NCBI GenBank assembly: GCA_903840165.1
Contig: CAIMEY010000121.1
Coordinates: 68,738 to 132,737 of the forward strand
DNA from: an uncultured Myxococcales bacterium
Lineage (GTDB): Bacteria; Myxococcota_A; UBA9042
Direction: 5' to 3'
DNA: 64,000 nt
The notes under the pieces are model-generated. The model did no database searches. It was not told the DNA's origin and saw nothing but the letters and a program-made list of their open reading frames with translations. Shown here piece after piece: positions 40,454-50,055 of the stretch. Numbering within the stretch: position 1 is the first letter of the stretch; each line of letters begins with the position of its first letter. A program made the translations under genes and the position numbers.

Positions 40454-41104
40454 ATGAGTTTGCCACGTCCCAGCCTGGCATCCCTGCGCGTGGAATATGG
40501 CCGTGCAGGGCTTGCTGAAGGGGATCTGCACTCCGACCCGCTGTTGCAGTACGAACAATGGCTTCACGAGGCTGTGCACGCCCCTGTGGAGGACGCCAAC
40601 GCCGTCACCCTGGCGACGGTTTCCAGCGATGGGCAACCGCACGCGCGCACGGTGCTGGTCAAGGCCATTGAGGCCCGCGGCGTCCAGTTTTTTACCAATC
40701 AAAACAGCCACAAAGGCCAGGAGTTGGCGGCGCATCCTCAGGCTGCGCTCTTGAGCTTTTGGCCGGCTTTGCAGCGGCAGGTTCGCCTTGAGGGCTGGGT
40801 GGAGCCTCTGACAAGCGCTGAAAATGACGCGTATTTCGCTGAGCGCCCGCGACTTTCGCAAATCGGCGCGTGGGCTTCGCCGCAGAGTCAGCCTATCGCC
40901 GATCGCCAATGGCTGGAGCAGCAGTTTTCGCTACTTCTCGCGCAATTTGGCGAAGATCCCGTGCCGCGGCCTACCCATTGGGGCGGCTATGTCCTAAAGC
41001 CCCAGCGCATCGAATTCTGGCAGGGTCGGCCTTCGCGTCTGCACGATCGCTTGGTGTTCCAGCGTGTTGGCGATCAGTGGCAGGTGCAGCGGCTTGCGCC
41101 GTAG
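40454..41104 (+). CDS. pdxH: Pyridoxamine 5'-phosphate oxidase
   Basis: The PdxH signature is present (RTVLVKAIEARGVQFFTNQNSHKGQEL..EFWQGRPSRLHDRLVFQR). GAGGAG lies 6 nt upstream. Confidence 0.85.
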   Translation: MSLPRPSLASLRVEYGRAGLAEGDLHSDPLLQYEQWLHEAVHAPVEDANAVTLATVSSDGQPHARTVLVKAIEARGVQFFTNQNSHKGQELAAHPQAALLSFWPALQRQVRLEGWVEPLTSAENDAYFAERPRLSQIGAWASPQSQPIADRQWLEQQFSLLLAQFGEDPVPRPTHWGGYVLKPQRIEFWQGRPSRLHDRLVFQRVGDQWQVQRLAP

Positions 41105-41159
41105 AGGCCAAGGGCCAGCACACCAGAGCTAAACCATTGAAAATATTGTGGTTACTCGA

Positions 41160-41771
41160 TTAGCCGTGACTGGGATGCCAGCCGTCGAGCATTCGGCCGA
41201 CAAATTCGAGCCGATCTTGGCCCCAGACAATGTGCGGGCCGACAAAGAAGGTCGGAGCCCCGCAAGCGCCGCGAACAAAGGCTTCTTGTGTTGACGAAAT
41301 CAGCGCTTGCTTGATTTCGGGCAGCTCCGTTCCGGCCAGCAGCGCCTCGGCGTCCAGGCCCAAAGAGGTCAGGATGGCTTGGAGCACCCGGGCATCGCCG
41401 ATGTCCTGATCGGCCGCCCAATATTGGCGAAATAGGTGTGACGCCACGCGGCTTTGCAGCTCACCGGGCAGCTGCGCCAGCACGCGCATCGGCCGCACTG
41501 TGTTCATCGGGAAGACCGACGGCCACTGTAGGGGCAGGTTGCGCACCTCTGCCCAGCGATAGATATCTTTGCGGAATAGCTCGCGCTTATTGGGCGAGGC
41601 ATCGTTGAAGGGCACGATGGAGCTAGCCAGGGCCTTGAACAAGCCGCCCAGGAGCAAGGGCCGCCACAGCACTTGAGCGCCATGCGCCGCCGCCACGCGC
41701 ACCACTTCTTCGTGAGCGAGATAGGCGTAAGGGCTTGAAACGTCGTAGAAAAACTCGACTTGCTTGGCCAT
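41160..41771 (-). CDS. 2-hydroxychromene-2-carboxylate isomerase / DsbA-like thioredoxin-fold protein
   Basis: The N-terminus VEFFYDVSSPYAYLAHEEV and the region GAPTFFVG match the HCCA-isomerase (DsbA family) pattern. Confidence 0.7.
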   Translation of the reverse strand: MAKQVEFFYDVSSPYAYLAHEEVVRVAAAHGAQVLWRPLLLGGLFKALASSIVPFNDASPNKRELFRKDIYRWAEVRNLPLQWPSVFPMNTVRPMRVLAQLPGELQSRVASHLFRQYWAADQDIGDARVLQAILTSLGLDAEALLAGTELPEIKQALISSTQEAFVRGACGAPTFFVGPHIVWGQDRLEFVGRMLDGWHPSHG

Positions 41772-41960
41772 GATCTACCCCAACGGCGGGTTGCAATCCG
41801 CGCAGCGCGCTGGCTGGAGGTCGCGGCCGCGGCAAACGGAGGCGGGCGATCGAGACCGGGCCCTTGCGTGGAGCTTCGCCGACCGAGCCTCGGCAATGAT
41901 CGCCTAAGGACGGGAAATGGGCACCGGCGCTGGACCAAGGCTACGGGCCCTGGCGAGGGC

Positions 41961-42137
41961 TTAGGCTACTTCTTTGGCGAGGAAAGCCCGCGTGCCAACA
42001 TGCTTTTCCGCACGGGCGCGACGCAGCTTGTTGCGCTGAGCGTGGGTCAGGGCGTGCTCGACGGACTTGAGGCGCTTGCGGGCAGCGTGCTTGAGCGACT
42101 TGCGAAGGCTATTGTTTTTCAAGGTCTTGGTGTTCAT
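41961..42137 (-). CDS. Small highly basic protein (58 aa), unknown function
   Basis: ATG at 42137 has GGAG 6 nt upstream. The protein MNTKTLKNNSLRKSLKHAARKRLKSVEHALTHAQRNKLRRARAEKHVGTRAFLAKEVA is Lys/Arg-rich. It lies immediately downstream of the HisF-like gene on the same strand. Confidence 0.4.
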   Translation of the reverse strand: MNTKTLKNNSLRKSLKHAARKRLKSVEHALTHAQRNKLRRARAEKHVGTRAFLAKEVA

Positions 42138-42278
42138 ATCTGCTCCAGATGATAGGTCTCGGCCCGTGTCGGCTGCGACAGCCAAGTCGCGGGGCGCAAT
42201 AGCTTAGCGAAGTTGCGTGGAATCGACAAGCGCTTGGTGCTCGCGGACGTCAACCGCGTAGGCTGTCCCCGGCGCGTT

Positions 42279-43064
42279 CTAGCCGACCGCTGGGCTGCCT
42301 TGCACGCCAGACGGGTCGCGAACGGACAGGCCACGCGCCCGAGCAACCTGTTTAAATATCGCGACATCCTGGGCACAATGGCTGGCGGCATCGAGCAGCA
42401 AGGCATCGGCCTGCCCCGCCGTCAAAAGGTCGACAGCCTGGCTCGGCGCCAATGGAACTCCGCAGATAACCAGGGGAATCGGCAAGTGACCCGCCAGTAC
42501 CCTGATCAGGTTCACCGGGCATGGTACGGTCTCAGCCTGGTCATTGACAGCACGAACAATCAGTTCGCCCGCACCTAAGGTCGCGCAACGACGCGCCAAT
42601 TCTAGCGGATCAAGCCCCGTTGCGACGCGACCGTTGCGGGTCATGACCTGCCAAATGCCCTGATCTTGGCGAACATCGAGGGCCACGGCGACCCGACTGC
42701 GCCCAAGTTGGTTGGCGGCCCGCGCCAGTAGAGGCGGATCGCGGACCACGGCGTCCCCCCAAATGATCCGATCGCAACCAGCAGCCAAAAGTGATTGTGC
42801 ATCAAGGAGATCGCGAAGATGTCCACCGACGGCCAGGGGCAGGAACACCTGGCGTGACACGCGATCGACCAAGTTGAGGAGCACCTCGGGCGGGGGCAGG
42901 TCGGTCGAGGCGTCTTGCAGCACGAAGCCGTCGACGCCTTCAAGCTCGAGCGATTGCAGCAGGGCCAGAGGGTCCCAAGGGTCTGGCAAATCACGCAGTT
43001 GCAGCGATTGCACGGCGCGATCGCCTTGAACCTGCACAAGGGAGAGAAAGCGACGGCTCATCAC
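42279..43064 (-). CDS. HisA/HisF-family TIM-barrel protein, divergent (cyclase Asp11-equivalent apparently Gln)
   Basis: The N-terminus reads RFLSLVQVQGDRAV against RIIPCLDVRDGQVV in HisF. One phosphate-binding GG motif is kept (LAVGGHL). The second is degenerate (ICGVPL against ASGGAG). Confidence 0.65.
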   Translation of the reverse strand: MMSRRFLSLVQVQGDRAVQSLQLRDLPDPWDPLALLQSLELEGVDGFVLQDASTDLPPPEVLLNLVDRVSRQVFLPLAVGGHLRDLLDAQSLLAAGCDRIIWGDAVVRDPPLLARAANQLGRSRVAVALDVRQDQGIWQVMTRNGRVATGLDPLELARRCATLGAGELIVRAVNDQAETVPCPVNLIRVLAGHLPIPLVICGVPLAPSQAVDLLTAGQADALLLDAASHCAQDVAIFKQVARARGLSVRDPSGVQGSPAVG

Positions 43065-43075
43065 GGCACTTCTCC

Positions 43076-43891
43076 TTATGGATCAATCGATTCTGGGGGT
43101 ATTGCTGTGTCCACTCCGCCGCTCTCGGGCCGAATCAAGCGCACCTGAACGGTGCGGGTGGCCGAGCCAAGGTCGCGCACCATCGGCACTTTCTGCGTGG
43201 ACGGCAGGCTTCGCCACGGCGCAGTGACGGCGGCGCGCAGAAGCTCGAGACCCGCATGCCCAGACTTATAAGGCTGAAATTGCACAGCAAAAATATTGCG
43301 ATGGCGAATCGCGGCCACCAGGGGTCCGGCCAAGGGGGCCGTCGCCACGGCCAGGGTGGGATCCTCGGGTATCACGTGAAAACTATGTTGGAAATAGAAC
43401 CACTGGCTAGGAACGTGATCCAGGGGCGAGCCGGGACGCTGCATATCCAGGCGATTCCAACCGGCGTGGAGTTGTTTGCGCGGCGTGGTCAGACCGGCAC
43501 AATAGCCTGAAAGAATGCCTAGTCCTGGTTGGCCGGGCGCTTCGTCGCTGCGGTCGAACAGCAGTTGCAAGCCTAGGCCCAGACCCAAGTACGGCGTGCC
43601 AGCTTGGATAATTTCTTTAAGCAGATCATGGAGTTTTCGCTCGTGCAGACCTTTCATCGCTTCGGCGAAGGCGCCATGCCCGGCGACGATCACCAGCGGT
43701 GCCCGCAAAAGATCCACCGGGTCAGCCGTCACCAGCGCATCAATGCCTAGGAACTGCAGAGCCTTCGCGACGCCAGAAGGGGCGCTCGGACTCAGTTCCA
43801 GCACGGCGATCGGCGCGGACGCACTGTCTGGCGCAACCTCGGGGTGCATGAAGGCTCCTGGGTCTATGGAACCCGGAAAATGCTTGATCAA
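43076..43891 (-). CDS. HisH-like class I glutamine amidotransferase homolog with catalytic triad replaced (pseudo-glutaminase)
   Basis: The nucleophile elbow reads LGLGLGLQLL against LGICLGMQLL in HisH (Cys to Gly). The C-terminal motif reads AVQFQPYKSG against GVQFHPEKSG (His to Gln, Glu to Tyr). The gene lies 11 bp upstream of the HisF-like gene. Confidence 0.7.
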   Translation of the reverse strand: MIKHFPGSIDPGAFMHPEVAPDSASAPIAVLELSPSAPSGVAKALQFLGIDALVTADPVDLLRAPLVIVAGHGAFAEAMKGLHERKLHDLLKEIIQAGTPYLGLGLGLQLLFDRSDEAPGQPGLGILSGYCAGLTTPRKQLHAGWNRLDMQRPGSPLDHVPSQWFYFQHSFHVIPEDPTLAVATAPLAGPLVAAIRHRNIFAVQFQPYKSGHAGLELLRAAVTAPWRSLPSTQKVPMVRDLGSATRTVQVRLIRPESGGVDTAIPPESIDP

Positions 43892-43997
43892 CGCTGGCTA
43901 TGTTCCGATGTATGCCGAAGCAAATCAACTGAGGGCGGGCCGGGCTTGGCCGATGATTTGGCAGCAATTCTCTTTGTATACAAGGTCTTGACTGCGG

Positions 43998-45008
43998 CTA
44001 CAGCGCCTGCAACTCGGCAACGCCATAGCGCTCGGCATAATCACAGCCGACGCCCGCGCAGGAACGACGGGCGACGCATTGGCTGCAGACGGGCGCGAAT
44101 ACCGTGAGATCGGCTTCAATTTCGCCGATGCTGTAGACGCGGTCGCCGCTAAGGTCGTCGAGGTAATGGGTTTCGCCAAAGCCCGAGCGACTGATGTTGC
44201 TCAGATCGTGGCGGCCAAGGATGCAGTGGGGCACGGCCTCAAATTGCAGGTGCCAGCCTTGGGCTTCTGCAAGGTCGAGCGCTGCCCGCAATTCATTCTG
44301 AATATCGCTGTATTGCAGGTCAATCCCTGACCATTGCCCGCCCTTGCCCAGGTGCGACGGCGCGCAAAGCTTGACCTTGATGTCCGCGCCGAATTCGCGG
44401 ATGCACCAAGCGAGAAAATCGCACAGCTCGCCCTGATTTTGCTTGCTGATCACGCAGTTGATCGTCACGTCGCAACCTGCCGCGCGTAGCTGGGCGATAC
44501 CGGCGAGGATTTCTTGATGCCCGCGATCGCCAATTCCACTCATGATTTGGCTAGCTTGGCTGCGATGACTGTGAAGGGAAACAATCGCGCGTTCAAGCCC
44601 CGATTCCATGGCGCGGGCGGCCATGTCTAAAGCTGCGAAATTGCGGCCGTTAGTATTGAGATCCCATGCGATCTTTTGCTGCTGCAATCGCTCCACCACG
44701 GGCCAAAATGCGGGATGCAGGGTCGGCTCACCGCCGGTGAGAATGACTCGGCGAAATCCACGGCTTGCGAGGAAATCGGCGCGCTGGAGCAATTCAACAG
44801 CGGGCGGATAAAGGGCCGCGGACTCGCCTGAATTCGAGCACATCGGGCACTTGTTGTTGCATTGTTCACCCAGGCGAAACAAGCACAGGCTCGACGCCGT
44901 GACCGGCACCAACAAAGGACGCGGGCGACGCAAAAGGCGCAGGTTGGGCTCAGGCGCTTGGGTTGAGGGGCGCGGGTCCATGGGCTCCTGGGTGCTCAGA
45001 GGCGACAT
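43998..45008 (-). CDS. Radical SAM enzyme with C-terminal SPASM/twitch-like Cys cluster
   Basis: The CxxxCxxC motif is CNNKCPMC. The motifs GGEPTLHP, NTNG and a C-terminal CSQCVARRSCAGVGC cluster are present. The start is uncertain; the ORF is open to a GTG at 45065. Confidence 0.7.
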   Translation of the reverse strand: MSPLSTQEPMDPRPSTQAPEPNLRLLRRPRPLLVPVTASSLCLFRLGEQCNNKCPMCSNSGESAALYPPAVELLQRADFLASRGFRRVILTGGEPTLHPAFWPVVERLQQQKIAWDLNTNGRNFAALDMAARAMESGLERAIVSLHSHRSQASQIMSGIGDRGHQEILAGIAQLRAAGCDVTINCVISKQNQGELCDFLAWCIREFGADIKVKLCAPSHLGKGGQWSGIDLQYSDIQNELRAALDLAEAQGWHLQFEAVPHCILGRHDLSNISRSGFGETHYLDDLSGDRVYSIGEIEADLTVFAPVCSQCVARRSCAGVGCDYAERYGVAELQAL

Positions 45009-45249
45009 CCGCCATCTACCGGTAAATGAAGCGCTTTTTAGGATGCGGTGTGGCCCTGATCCCACCGTTGGCTCAGACTAGCAACGCGGATTCACAAGCG
45101 TACAGGCGCGCGTGGTGGTCCGCAAACCGTAGGAAAGCTGATTTCGCCGCGGCGTTTGAGCCATCGGCCGCGGCGCAGTGGAATGATTGGCGCCGGCTGA
45201 AGACTTGATCCGTCCGGGCGACGCGGCCATGCGACGTTGAGAAGCCAAG

Positions 45250-47124
45250 GTGGGCTTGCGGGGCAGGCCCGAGTTGCCCCACGATCAGGGCCGTGCGCGC
45301 CTTCGGCCGAGGCATTGCCTCGAGAGGTCATTCTTGGGCAAGAACCGTTTATTACTCTGGATTCTCGGCGGTTTTGCGCTGCTGACCTTGCTGATCATCG
45401 GGGCCATCGTCGCCTGGGATGATGCCGGCAGTCGCCCGACGCAGGCAGCCGAAAGCGCGTGCGTCTTGCAAGGCGTTGTTGTCGATGGCGCAGGAAAACC
45501 GATTGATGGCGCGGTTGTACGCGATGGTGCCCGCAAAGCGACGACAGGTGACGGCGGGCATTTCCACCTGCCCTGCCCCGGCCCAGACGGCGCGGAATTG
45601 GATGTCACAGCAAGCGGTTATGCCCACCCGGAGCCGGCTGCTGACAGTCCATTGCGGGTCGACCCGCTGGGCGATGAGTCTATTCGCTTGATTCTGCATC
45701 GGGTTGGCGAGATTTCTGGAACCGTTAGCTCTGGCGAAGGGCCGGTGGCTGAGGCGCAAATCGATGTGGAATGGCTGGCTTGCGACTGGCTGGGCACGCC
45801 GCTGCCGGCTTTCTCGCGGCGGGGTGCGGCGCGTAGCGATGCCCAAGGACGCTTTCGTCTGCGCGATTTGCCTCCGGGAACGCTGCTGCTGAGCGCCAAG
45901 GCGGCGGGGCAAACGGCCGCAGCGACGGCGCAGGTGACTCTTGAGGATGGCGGCCAACTGCCTGATGTGGTGCTGCATTTTGGTGGTGTTGCCGCAGCCA
46001 AAGCGCCAGTGGTCCCGGTTGGGGTGCCCGCAACTGCGGGGCCAGCCGATGGAACCGTGCTGCAAGCCAATGGCCAGCCAGGCCGAGACGCGATTGTCGT
46101 CGTGACGGGCCCCGGCATAGGCCAGCAATTACGCACAGATATCGAAGGCCATTTTCGCGTGCAGGGAGATGCAAAGGCGCTGATCGGAGCGCAGGCTGTG
46201 GCCGTGACCGATGACCAGGCCCCCAGTGAGCCGGTGACCATCCGCGCCAACACCCCGATTATCTTGAAGCTTGGCCTAGGTGGCTACATTTCAGGCAAGG
46301 TGGTCGACAGCCGCGGTCAAGGCCTTGGGGCGCAGGTAACCGTCGATCACGTTGAAGCCAAAGGGCCTTTGCCGCAATTGGTGCCCATGCACGCCCAACT
46401 AGGCGCAACGCCGGGGACGGGCGCTTTTCGCATCGGCCCGTTTCGTCCTGGAACCTATGATTTACACGCTGAAATACCTGGTCTGCCCGTGGGCCGGTTG
46501 GGCGGCATTGAAGTGACCTCCGGCGGCGATACCCAAGGCGTGGTGCTGACTTTACAAGATGGCGCGCGCGTGGTCGGGCGTATCACGTCAGCTGCCAACG
46601 GCCAGTCAGTGGTGGGTGCCGAAGTCGTTGTAACGGAACCGGGATCGGCCCGCGGGATCACCAAAAAGGCCAAGACCAATGCCCAAGGTGAGTACGTGCT
46701 GGAACATGTCAGCGCGGGCCCGCACACCGTCACGGCGCAGGCCGAAGGCTTTGTCACGGAATCAGCGAGTGGCGTGGTCGTGCCTGAAACAGGCGAAGTT
46801 CACAAGGATTTGGCCCTGGAAGCGAGCGCCGGCGGACGCAAAGTCGCCTTTCAAGGAATTGGCGCCGGTCTGGCGCGCACGCCAGAAGGCGTCGTAATCG
46901 GCTGGACCATGCCCGATTCACCAGCAGCCAAGGCTGGTTTGCAATCGGGCGATGTGATCAAGCGCATCGACGGCAAAGACGTGTCATCTATGCAAGTGCC
47001 TCAAATTGTAGAGCTTATTCGAGGCGAACCGGGCACCCAGGTCAACATCGAAGTGGACGCCCAAGGCGGCGGGCATCGCGCACTGACGATCGGCAGGGCG
47101 AGAATCATCAACCAAGGCGAGTAG
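45250..47124 (+). CDS. Membrane-anchored protein with carboxypeptidase-regulatory-like (CarbopepD_reg) beta-sandwich repeats and C-terminal PDZ domain
   Basis: An N-terminal transmembrane helix is present. Repeated modules of the form GxVVDxxGxPxxGAxV..TdxxGxFrL follow. A C-terminal PDZ domain is present (GVVIGWTMPDSPAAKAGLQSGDVIKRIDGKDV). The start is uncertain (GTG). Confidence 0.55.
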   Translation: MGLRGRPELPHDQGRARLRPRHCLERSFLGKNRLLLWILGGFALLTLLIIGAIVAWDDAGSRPTQAAESACVLQGVVVDGAGKPIDGAVVRDGARKATTGDGGHFHLPCPGPDGAELDVTASGYAHPEPAADSPLRVDPLGDESIRLILHRVGEISGTVSSGEGPVAEAQIDVEWLACDWLGTPLPAFSRRGAARSDAQGRFRLRDLPPGTLLLSAKAAGQTAAATAQVTLEDGGQLPDVVLHFGGVAAAKAPVVPVGVPATAGPADGTVLQANGQPGRDAIVVVTGPGIGQQLRTDIEGHFRVQGDAKALIGAQAVAVTDDQAPSEPVTIRANTPIILKLGLGGYISGKVVDSRGQGLGAQVTVDHVEAKGPLPQLVPMHAQLGATPGTGAFRIGPFRPGTYDLHAEIPGLPVGRLGGIEVTSGGDTQGVVLTLQDGARVVGRITSAANGQSVVGAEVVVTEPGSARGITKKAKTNAQGEYVLEHVSAGPHTVTAQAEGFVTESASGVVVPETGEVHKDLALEASAGGRKVAFQGIGAGLARTPEGVVIGWTMPDSPAAKAGLQSGDVIKRIDGKDVSSMQVPQIVELIRGEPGTQVNIEVDAQGGGHRALTIGRARIINQGE

Positions 47125-47138
47125 TTGACGTAAGCTGC

Positions 47139-48203
47139 CTAGCCGACGGCTTGCTGCAAGAGGCCGTCCAACGTGTCAAAGAGGACGCGATTGCCGTCCT
47201 GCTCATAGCTGTCCATCGCCGCAGCCAGGGCCGATGAGCGGTCCAGGAGCTCGGCAACATCTTGTTTTGTCACGGTTTCTCGACACAGCCCCCAGCCCAA
47301 ATGTTGCAGGTAGCGCGCATTGAGTATCTGTTCAAATTGCCCCACCAAAGGTACTGAAAGTACAGGCTTATGCAGGTAGACGGCTTCGGACAAGAGTGAA
47401 AAACCGCCGCCCGCAATCACCGCCTTGGCCGCCGCTAGGTGATCGATGAAGCCCGTCTCGCTGAACGGCTGATAGGCGAGGTTGCCGTCCACCTGAACTT
47501 CGCTCAGGCCACGGCGGATGCCATAGAGCAGAAACCGCTGATTAGGAAATTGTTTTAGCAGGTTAGGCAGTGCATCTCCGCCGTCCGCCGAGCTATAGAC
47601 CACCACGGCGTCGCCACGGCTGGCATGAGCCGCGAGGACTTCCGGCCTCAAGATCGGCGGCACCAGCGTGGTACGCTCTTTGCGCACGGGCGGGTAGAAA
47701 AATGTCGTCACAACATAGTGATACGCGCCAGGGAGCTTGGTCTTGACGATGCCCTTGGCCAGCAGAAATTCGGCCATGCGATCGACCAACAGCGCGTCTT
47801 CATGCTTGCAACGATTGATGATTTGCATGTTGTCGACGCTAATCACCGGGATGTGGTGGGCCTGGGCGTAGGCGTAGGTCCAGGACTCGAAGTCGCTGAC
47901 CACGACTTCTGGACGAAAATCCTCGAGTTGCCTCCAGGCATTGGCCAGCATCGGCGCATCGTGAACCAACTCGGTCAGATTGGACCAGGCGGTGCGGCGC
48001 TTTTGCACTTCGTTGTCGTCGTAGACCAAATGCCAGCCATGAACACGGTGAACCCCTTGAAAATGCTTGCTAAGCATGTCGTGGGCGCGCCCTGACACCA
48101 GGACGTGGACTGTGTGCCCGGCCTGCAGCAGATGGCTGATGACGACCCGCGACCGGGTGGCGTGCCCCATGCCTTCACCGACAACACCATAGAGAATTCG
48201 CAT
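47139..48203 (-). CDS. MJ1255/VC2487-family (GT-B) glycosyltransferase
   Basis: The N-terminus MRILYGVVGEGMGHATRSRVV and the C-terminal GGFSLLSEAVYLHKPVLSVP are typical of TIGR00661-type UDP-glycosyltransferases. Confidence 0.75.
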   Translation of the reverse strand: MRILYGVVGEGMGHATRSRVVISHLLQAGHTVHVLVSGRAHDMLSKHFQGVHRVHGWHLVYDDNEVQKRRTAWSNLTELVHDAPMLANAWRQLEDFRPEVVVSDFESWTYAYAQAHHIPVISVDNMQIINRCKHEDALLVDRMAEFLLAKGIVKTKLPGAYHYVVTTFFYPPVRKERTTLVPPILRPEVLAAHASRGDAVVVYSSADGGDALPNLLKQFPNQRFLLYGIRRGLSEVQVDGNLAYQPFSETGFIDHLAAAKAVIAGGGFSLLSEAVYLHKPVLSVPLVGQFEQILNARYLQHLGWGLCRETVTKQDVAELLDRSSALAAAMDSYEQDGNRVLFDTLDGLLQQAVG

Positions 48204-48408
48204 GGTTGACCTGACCTGCGGCACAGAAATGTGCGCTCCGTCCATTGTCGCTTGGCTGGCGCGAATTGCAACGGCACCCATTGTCGCAGGCAACCGCGGC
48301 TGTTGTGGCAAGTGGCGTTGCGTTTCGCTAAAATGCCCGCCGTGGCGTTGGGGGCGCCATCTGCGGGGCAACTCCGGCGCCAAGGCGCCCAATATCTCGA
48401 GCAAAATC

Positions 48409-50049
48409 ATGAAGAAATCATCTAGCTTATCGAATTGTACCTCCAGTGACTGCTCGACGCGCAGCCGCCGGAACCCGGCATGGCTCATGGCCATAGTCGC
48501 GCTAACCTGGCTTGCCGCAACGGCTTGCTCGTCTACCTCTGCGGGCGGAGGTGGCGGGGGAGGCTATACCGGAGGCGTGCCGGGCGCCGTCTGCAACACC
48601 CAGTACCAAAGCGCCGGCTGCGTGCTCTATCAGAACGTACCTACACGGGTTTTGTGCGCTGCGGGCGTTTGGACTCTGGTCGAAGCCTGCGCCAGCGGCA
48701 CCACCTGCAAGGAAGCGTTTGACAGCGGATCTAAGGCAAAAACAACGAGTTGTGTATTGATCACCTTACCCGGGGGAACCACGCCCAGTGATGCCAGCGG
48801 CGGCGATACCGCAGTCAGCGACAGCACCGGCAGCGACAGCACCGGCAGCGACGCAATCGGCACCGACAGCAGCGGAGACGTCACCGTCGTGCCAATGGAC
48901 ATTCCCGGCGCCAACGATGGTAACAGCTCCTGCGGCAATGGCACCTGTGAAGTCGGCGAAAACGTGAGCAATTGTCCGATTGACTGCGCCACCTGCGGCG
49001 ACAAAGTCTGCTCGGCCAATGAGTCGAGCGAGACATGCCCGGCGGACTGCAAGCCCGGCGTGGTCTGCGGCAATGGCACCTGTGAAGCCGGCGAAAACGT
49101 GGGTAATTGTCCGACAGACTGCGCAAGTTGTGGCGACGGCGTCTGCTCGGCCAATGAGTCCAACCAGACCTGCCCCGCCGACTGCAAGCCGAACGTGGTT
49201 TGCGGCGACGGCACCTGCTCAAGCGGTGAATCCTATTCCAATTGCCCGACCGACTGCCCCGCCAAATGCGGCGATGGCACCTGCAATGGCAACGAAAGCA
49301 ACGCCACGTGCCCAAGCGACTGCCCGGCGAAGTGTGGCAATGGCGTCTGTGAAGCTTCTGAGACGATTGCTAAATGTCCCGCGGACTGCGTCAAGTGCGG
49401 CGACGGCATTTGTAGCCCGGGCGAGAGCAGCGCCAACTGCGCCCAGGACTGCCCGGTGAAGCCAGTGTGCGGCAACGGCACCTGTGAAACGGGCGAAACG
49501 GTTGCAAATTGTGCGACGGATTGCGGCGCCAGCACCAAGGTCGGCTGCATCGCTGCGACCGGCACGGGCTGCGGCGGCTGTGCGTGCGAGGCGTGCGTGT
49601 GCAAGGGCCCGATTCCAGGCGGTTCTGCCACGGGCGACACCTACTGCTGCGGCACGGCCTGGGACGCCACGTGCGCGGGCGAGTGCAAGAGCTGCGGCGC
49701 TTGCGGGGCCTGCGTACCTGCCTGCAGCGGCAAACAATGCGGCAGTGACGGGTGCAGCGGCAGCTGCGGCACCTGCGGCGCTGGAACCGCCTGCTCGGCC
49801 ACCGGGCTCTGCCAAGCCGTCAGCAAGTGCGGCAACGGCGTCTGCGACAGCGGCGAGACCAATGCCACCTGCCCCAGCGACTGCCCCGCCGGCGGGGGTG
49901 CGTTTTGCGACACCCATTGCGGCGGATCCAGCGGCACCACCTGCTATTGCGACGCGGCCTGCAAGACCAACGGCGACTGCTGCAACTTCGCTGGTACGGC
50001 CACGGGAGGCACGTCCTGCGCGGGGTCAACGTGCGCGTCTTGCAAGTAG
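48409..50049 (+). CDS. Cys-rich lipoprotein with ~10 CG(D/N)GxCExGExxxNCPxDC modules (Myxococcus-type cysteine-rich repeat) and a Cys/Gly-rich C-terminal domain
   Basis: A lipobox is present (LAATAC). The repeated modules were read directly in the translation. A Ser/Thr/Asp-rich linker is present. The start is uncertain (48409 or 48487). Confidence 0.6.
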   Translation: MKKSSSLSNCTSSDCSTRSRRNPAWLMAIVALTWLAATACSSTSAGGGGGGGYTGGVPGAVCNTQYQSAGCVLYQNVPTRVLCAAGVWTLVEACASGTTCKEAFDSGSKAKTTSCVLITLPGGTTPSDASGGDTAVSDSTGSDSTGSDAIGTDSSGDVTVVPMDIPGANDGNSSCGNGTCEVGENVSNCPIDCATCGDKVCSANESSETCPADCKPGVVCGNGTCEAGENVGNCPTDCASCGDGVCSANESNQTCPADCKPNVVCGDGTCSSGESYSNCPTDCPAKCGDGTCNGNESNATCPSDCPAKCGNGVCEASETIAKCPADCVKCGDGICSPGESSANCAQDCPVKPVCGNGTCETGETVANCATDCGASTKVGCIAATGTGCGGCACEACVCKGPIPGGSATGDTYCCGTAWDATCAGECKSCGACGACVPACSGKQCGSDGCSGSCGTCGAGTACSATGLCQAVSKCGNGVCDSGETNATCPSDCPAGGGAFCDTHCGGSSGTTCYCDAACKTNGDCCNFAGTATGGTSCAGSTCASCK

Positions 50050-50055
50050 GGACGC

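Noticed and set aside
38728-40455. 575-aa minus-strand ORF
   Set aside because: It is antisense to exbD and serC, both confidently identified. It has no motifs and its composition is Arg/Gly-rich.
49219-49917. 232-aa Ala-rich minus-strand ORF
   Set aside because: It is antisense to the Cys-rich lipoprotein gene 48409..50049. Its poly-Ala composition comes from GCN-rich antisense codons.
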